A stretch of 27,163 nucleotides of DNA from a virus. Taxonomy: Duplodnaviria; Caudoviricetes. The position numbers and the translations under genes are program-made. Where the stretch lies: IMG/VR virus record IMGVR_UViG_3300044676_007137, positions 1-27,163 of that record, one strand, 5' to 3'. Positions within the stretch are counted from its first letter, which is position 1, and every line of letters begins with the position of its first letter. This document shows positions 24,992 to 27,163 of the stretch, in pieces. The notes under the pieces were generated by a model, which did no database searches, was not told where the DNA came from, and saw nothing but the letters and a program-made list of their open reading frames with translations.

Positions 24992-25942
24992 TTACTCTTC
25001 TTCTCCAAAAAGATTTTCATTTATTTCTAACAAGCTCTCTATCGTATCTTCGTCAAGATTATCCATCTCTTGAATCTTACCTTTTAGTATTTCTTGGAAA
25101 TAGTCTTGCGTATCTTTATTCAATAAAATAAAGTTAGACAAAGGTAAAGTTATAATCTCATCTTTTAGTTCATCTACAAAAGCATTCTCAGTTGCAAGTA
25201 AACTACAATTGTTTCTTTTCAACTGATCAACTAATTCGTAGTAGGGTTCCTTTTTAGGAATCGTTGGCAAGTGATAAAATTCTTCTATTAATCTAGAATA
25301 TGCTTTCGCTTCTCTATCTTTTCTTGCACTCCTTCGAAAACTCTTATAAGACATTGTCCCAAAAGATTTTGGAGTCTCGAATCCAACTTTTATGTGAGAA
25401 CCCTTTTCTTCATCATTAGGATACTTTACAGAGAAAGCTCTGCCTAAGTTACCTTCAGGCGTGAAAATAATACTTAACAATCCTAAAGTCTCATCTCGAT
25501 TATGAATCTCGTCCCATTCTCTAATAACAGGGTAAGAAACTATACAAAAGTCCATATCTTTAAGAATATGCCTCATTCTTAGCAAATGTGGTCTTGTTTT
25601 GTCCACAGTTGTCATAACATCCTCGTCTTCACTGCTTGTATCGTAAGTATTAACCATAAGTTGTGCCATATAGTTATCTTTTCCGAAAGAACCAAACAAA
25701 AAAGTCGTTGGAACTGCTAAATCTAAGTACTCTTCGTCAGTAAAAGATAGTTCTCTGCTTAAGATTCCTTTTTCTAGTACATAATTGAATGCACTAAAAG
25801 AAGAGTTGTAGACTGTTCCTATCACTTCTGATAGTTGATCTGAGTTATTGATTAATGGACTATTAACCCAAGACTCAAGTTTTTCAATTTCGTTTTCTAC
25901 ATTGTCTTCAAATTCTTCACTCATACCAATTCGCCCTTCCAA
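24992..25942 (-). CDS. Hypothetical acidic protein, ~310 aa (start may be ATG 25924)
   Basis: Long ORF overlapping the upstream gene; no recognised motif. Confidence 0.75.
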   Translation of the reverse strand: MEGRIGMSEEFEDNVENEIEKLESWVNSPLINNSDQLSEVIGTVYNSSFSAFNYVLEKGILSRELSFTDEEYLDLAVPTTFLFGSFGKDNYMAQLMVNTYDTSSEDEDVMTTVDKTRPHLLRMRHILKDMDFCIVSYPVIREWDEIHNRDETLGLLSIIFTPEGNLGRAFSVKYPNDEEKGSHIKVGFETPKSFGTMSYKSFRRSARKDREAKAYSRLIEEFYHLPTIPKKEPYYELVDQLKRNNCSLLATENAFVDELKDEIITLPLSNFILLNKDTQDYFQEILKGKIQEMDNLDEDTIESLLEINENLFGEEE

Positions 25943-26624
25943 TTTCTACTAATGCTTGTTCGATGTCGCCATCTGCATAATGTTCGTAGGTTTTCCAAAT
26001 TTGACTCTTCATTCCTACTGATAACTTCATAGCTGCTAACACTCTATAAAGACTACCTTTTGTTTCTCTAGTAGGTTTCATCTTAAGGTCACTCTCTGTT
26101 GGTGTAGCAGGCTTTTCTTTTTCACAAAGACCTTCGTCTCCCTTGGCCATACAAGCAACCTTAAAGTGCCAATTGCCATATTGATCAGATGACCAACGAT
26201 GGTCTGTGAATTGACAATAGTATCCTGCTATATCACACTTTCCTCCTGAGGAATCCATGATTTGTTCAGGTGTTACTTGCCGAATCTTAGGGGCATTCAA
26301 AGATTTTAGTTTTGCCAAAATCAAAGAACCCTCAGGTGCTTTTACTCTACCCTCTTCATACAGAGATTTTACCGCTGCAAATACATCAGCTTTGGTATAC
26401 TCTTGTAAATCTGAATAGAATACATCAATTTGGAACTGTTCCCACTTGCTAGCTGAATCAAACCTGAAAGCCAACCATTGAACTATCTCTAGCCACTCAG
26501 ATTTTTTCATTGCTGAATGAGGTCTTGTTTTGTCATCTACAGGTTTCGGCTGAAACTTTGCAATGTCTTCAAGTGATGCCTGGTATTCCTGATTATCAAT
26601 TGGTTCTAAATCACTCACTGTCAT
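25917..26624 (-). CDS. Hypothetical protein, N-terminal half resembling a phage helicase loader/inhibitor (G39P-like), with Cys-rich C-half, 235 aa
   Basis: FYSDLQEY...VFAAVK...KAP...I helical pattern recalls loader-inhibitor domains; four Cys downstream. Recognised by eye only. Confidence 0.45.
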   Translation of the reverse strand: MTVSDLEPIDNQEYQASLEDIAKFQPKPVDDKTRPHSAMKKSEWLEIVQWLAFRFDSASKWEQFQIDVFYSDLQEYTKADVFAAVKSLYEEGRVKAPEGSLILAKLKSLNAPKIRQVTPEQIMDSSGGKCDIAGYYCQFTDHRWSSDQYGNWHFKVACMAKGDEGLCEKEKPATPTESDLKMKPTRETKGSLYRVLAAMKLSVGMKSQIWKTYEHYADGDIEQALVEIGRANWYE

Positions 26625-26970
26625 TCATCCATCTGATATAGCACTGTACTCTGCCATCGTTAGTGATACTTCTTATTTCTATTGGAAGTCCTTTATATTT
26701 TAAGTGGTTCATTGAACTTCTTGCTGAAGCAGCAACTTTTGCCCTAACTTTTGGATCATCTACAAGCTCCTCAAATGTAATAATCCATTTCATAGGATTA
26801 GCTTGTGCTAAATTCAAAGCTTCGTGAGTCCAAAACTTAGCTCTCCTTCTTTTCAAAGCATAAGGAATGTCCTCTACAATTTTTGGTGTAAAATCGTAAT
26901 CAAATTTCTCTGCTTTTTGATAAACACTCCAATTTTGAAGGGTGGAGTCCCATTTCTCATTATTCGTCAT
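26611..26970 (-). CDS. Hypothetical protein, 119 aa
   Basis: AAGGAG RBS; preceded by an AT-rich promoter-like region. Confidence 0.75.
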   Translation of the reverse strand: MTNNEKWDSTLQNWSVYQKAEKFDYDFTPKIVEDIPYALKRRRAKFWTHEALNLAQANPMKWIITFEELVDDPKVRAKVAASARSSMNHLKYKGLPIEIRSITNDGRVQCYIRWMNDSE

Positions 26971-26993
26971 ATTCTCCTTTATTAATTATTTAT

Positions 26994-27021
26994 ACTTTAC
27001 ACTATATTATTATTTATGCAA
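26994..27021 (-). promoter_or_regulatory. Putative sigma70-type promoter TTGCAT-16 nt-TAAAGT
   Basis: AT-rich intergenic region; -35 box resembles the TTGCA boxes at 13354-13367. Confidence 0.4.
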
Positions 27022-27120
27022 GTATATGTTTTTGTTATATATCTACTTAGACACTCATTCCTTAGAAAAGGTTACATAGAAAGATCAGTATTCCTACTTG
27101 CCCGCTTTACGAAGTAAAGC

Positions 27121-27160
27121 TTAGGTATAGTTCTTTAGGTATAGTTAATTAGGTATAGTT
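27121..27160 (+). repeat. Three exact copies of TTAGGTATAGTT at 14-bp period (iteron/operator-like)
   Basis: Copies at 27121, 27135 and 27149; the array may continue beyond the window. Confidence 0.85.
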
Positions 27161-27163
27161 AGT

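Noticed and set aside
24366-25131. Plus-strand ORFs 24366..24614, 24834..25073 and 24919..25131 as a possible terS or antisense gene
   Set aside because: They overlap minus-strand genes and the hairpins, lack an RBS and show no TerS-like features.
27121-27160. Repeats as a CRISPR array
   Set aside because: 12-nt repeats with 2-nt spacers are far too short, and no cas genes are present.
1-27163. tRNA/rRNA genes, integrase, reverse transcriptase/DGR repeats, stop-codon reassignment
   Set aside because: No cloverleaf in the few intergenic gaps, no such protein motifs or long near-duplicate repeats seen, and genes tile densely under the standard code with all three stop codons used.

Overview
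An AT-rich (roughly 35% GC by eye) segment of a long-tailed dsDNA phage (siphovirus-type) genome or prophage. The minus strand carries the morphogenesis module. Read right to left, it contains three early/replication-type ORFs, terminase large subunit, an unusually long portal, HK97-type prohead protease, HK97-fold major capsid protein, head-tail adaptor, head closure, gp10-like neck protein, tail terminator, major tail protein, tail assembly chaperone with a -1 frameshift site, tape measure, four small coupled ORFs, a distal-tail-like protein and a >1199-aa tail tip/fibre protein that runs off the left edge. A ~5-kb block splits the neck genes. It contains a divergent HTH/Zn-ribbon gene and a plus-strand operon with a lytic transglycosylase, an MT-A70 methyltransferase, a C5-cytosine methyltransferase and several microproteins. 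Main points of interest: (1) by manual scan, the 4-mer class MCGK (ACGT, CCGG, ACGG/CCGT) is absent from the whole window; (2) the C5 MTase has a second subunit overprinted in another frame, and four WxTP modules are shared between the two frames; (3) portal and protease look like polyproteins carrying extra cargo domains behind Lys|small-residue junctions; (4) structured non-coding elements lie just upstream of two apparently leaderless late promoters. Family assignments come from motif recognition by eye, not database searches. The host cannot be determined from the window.
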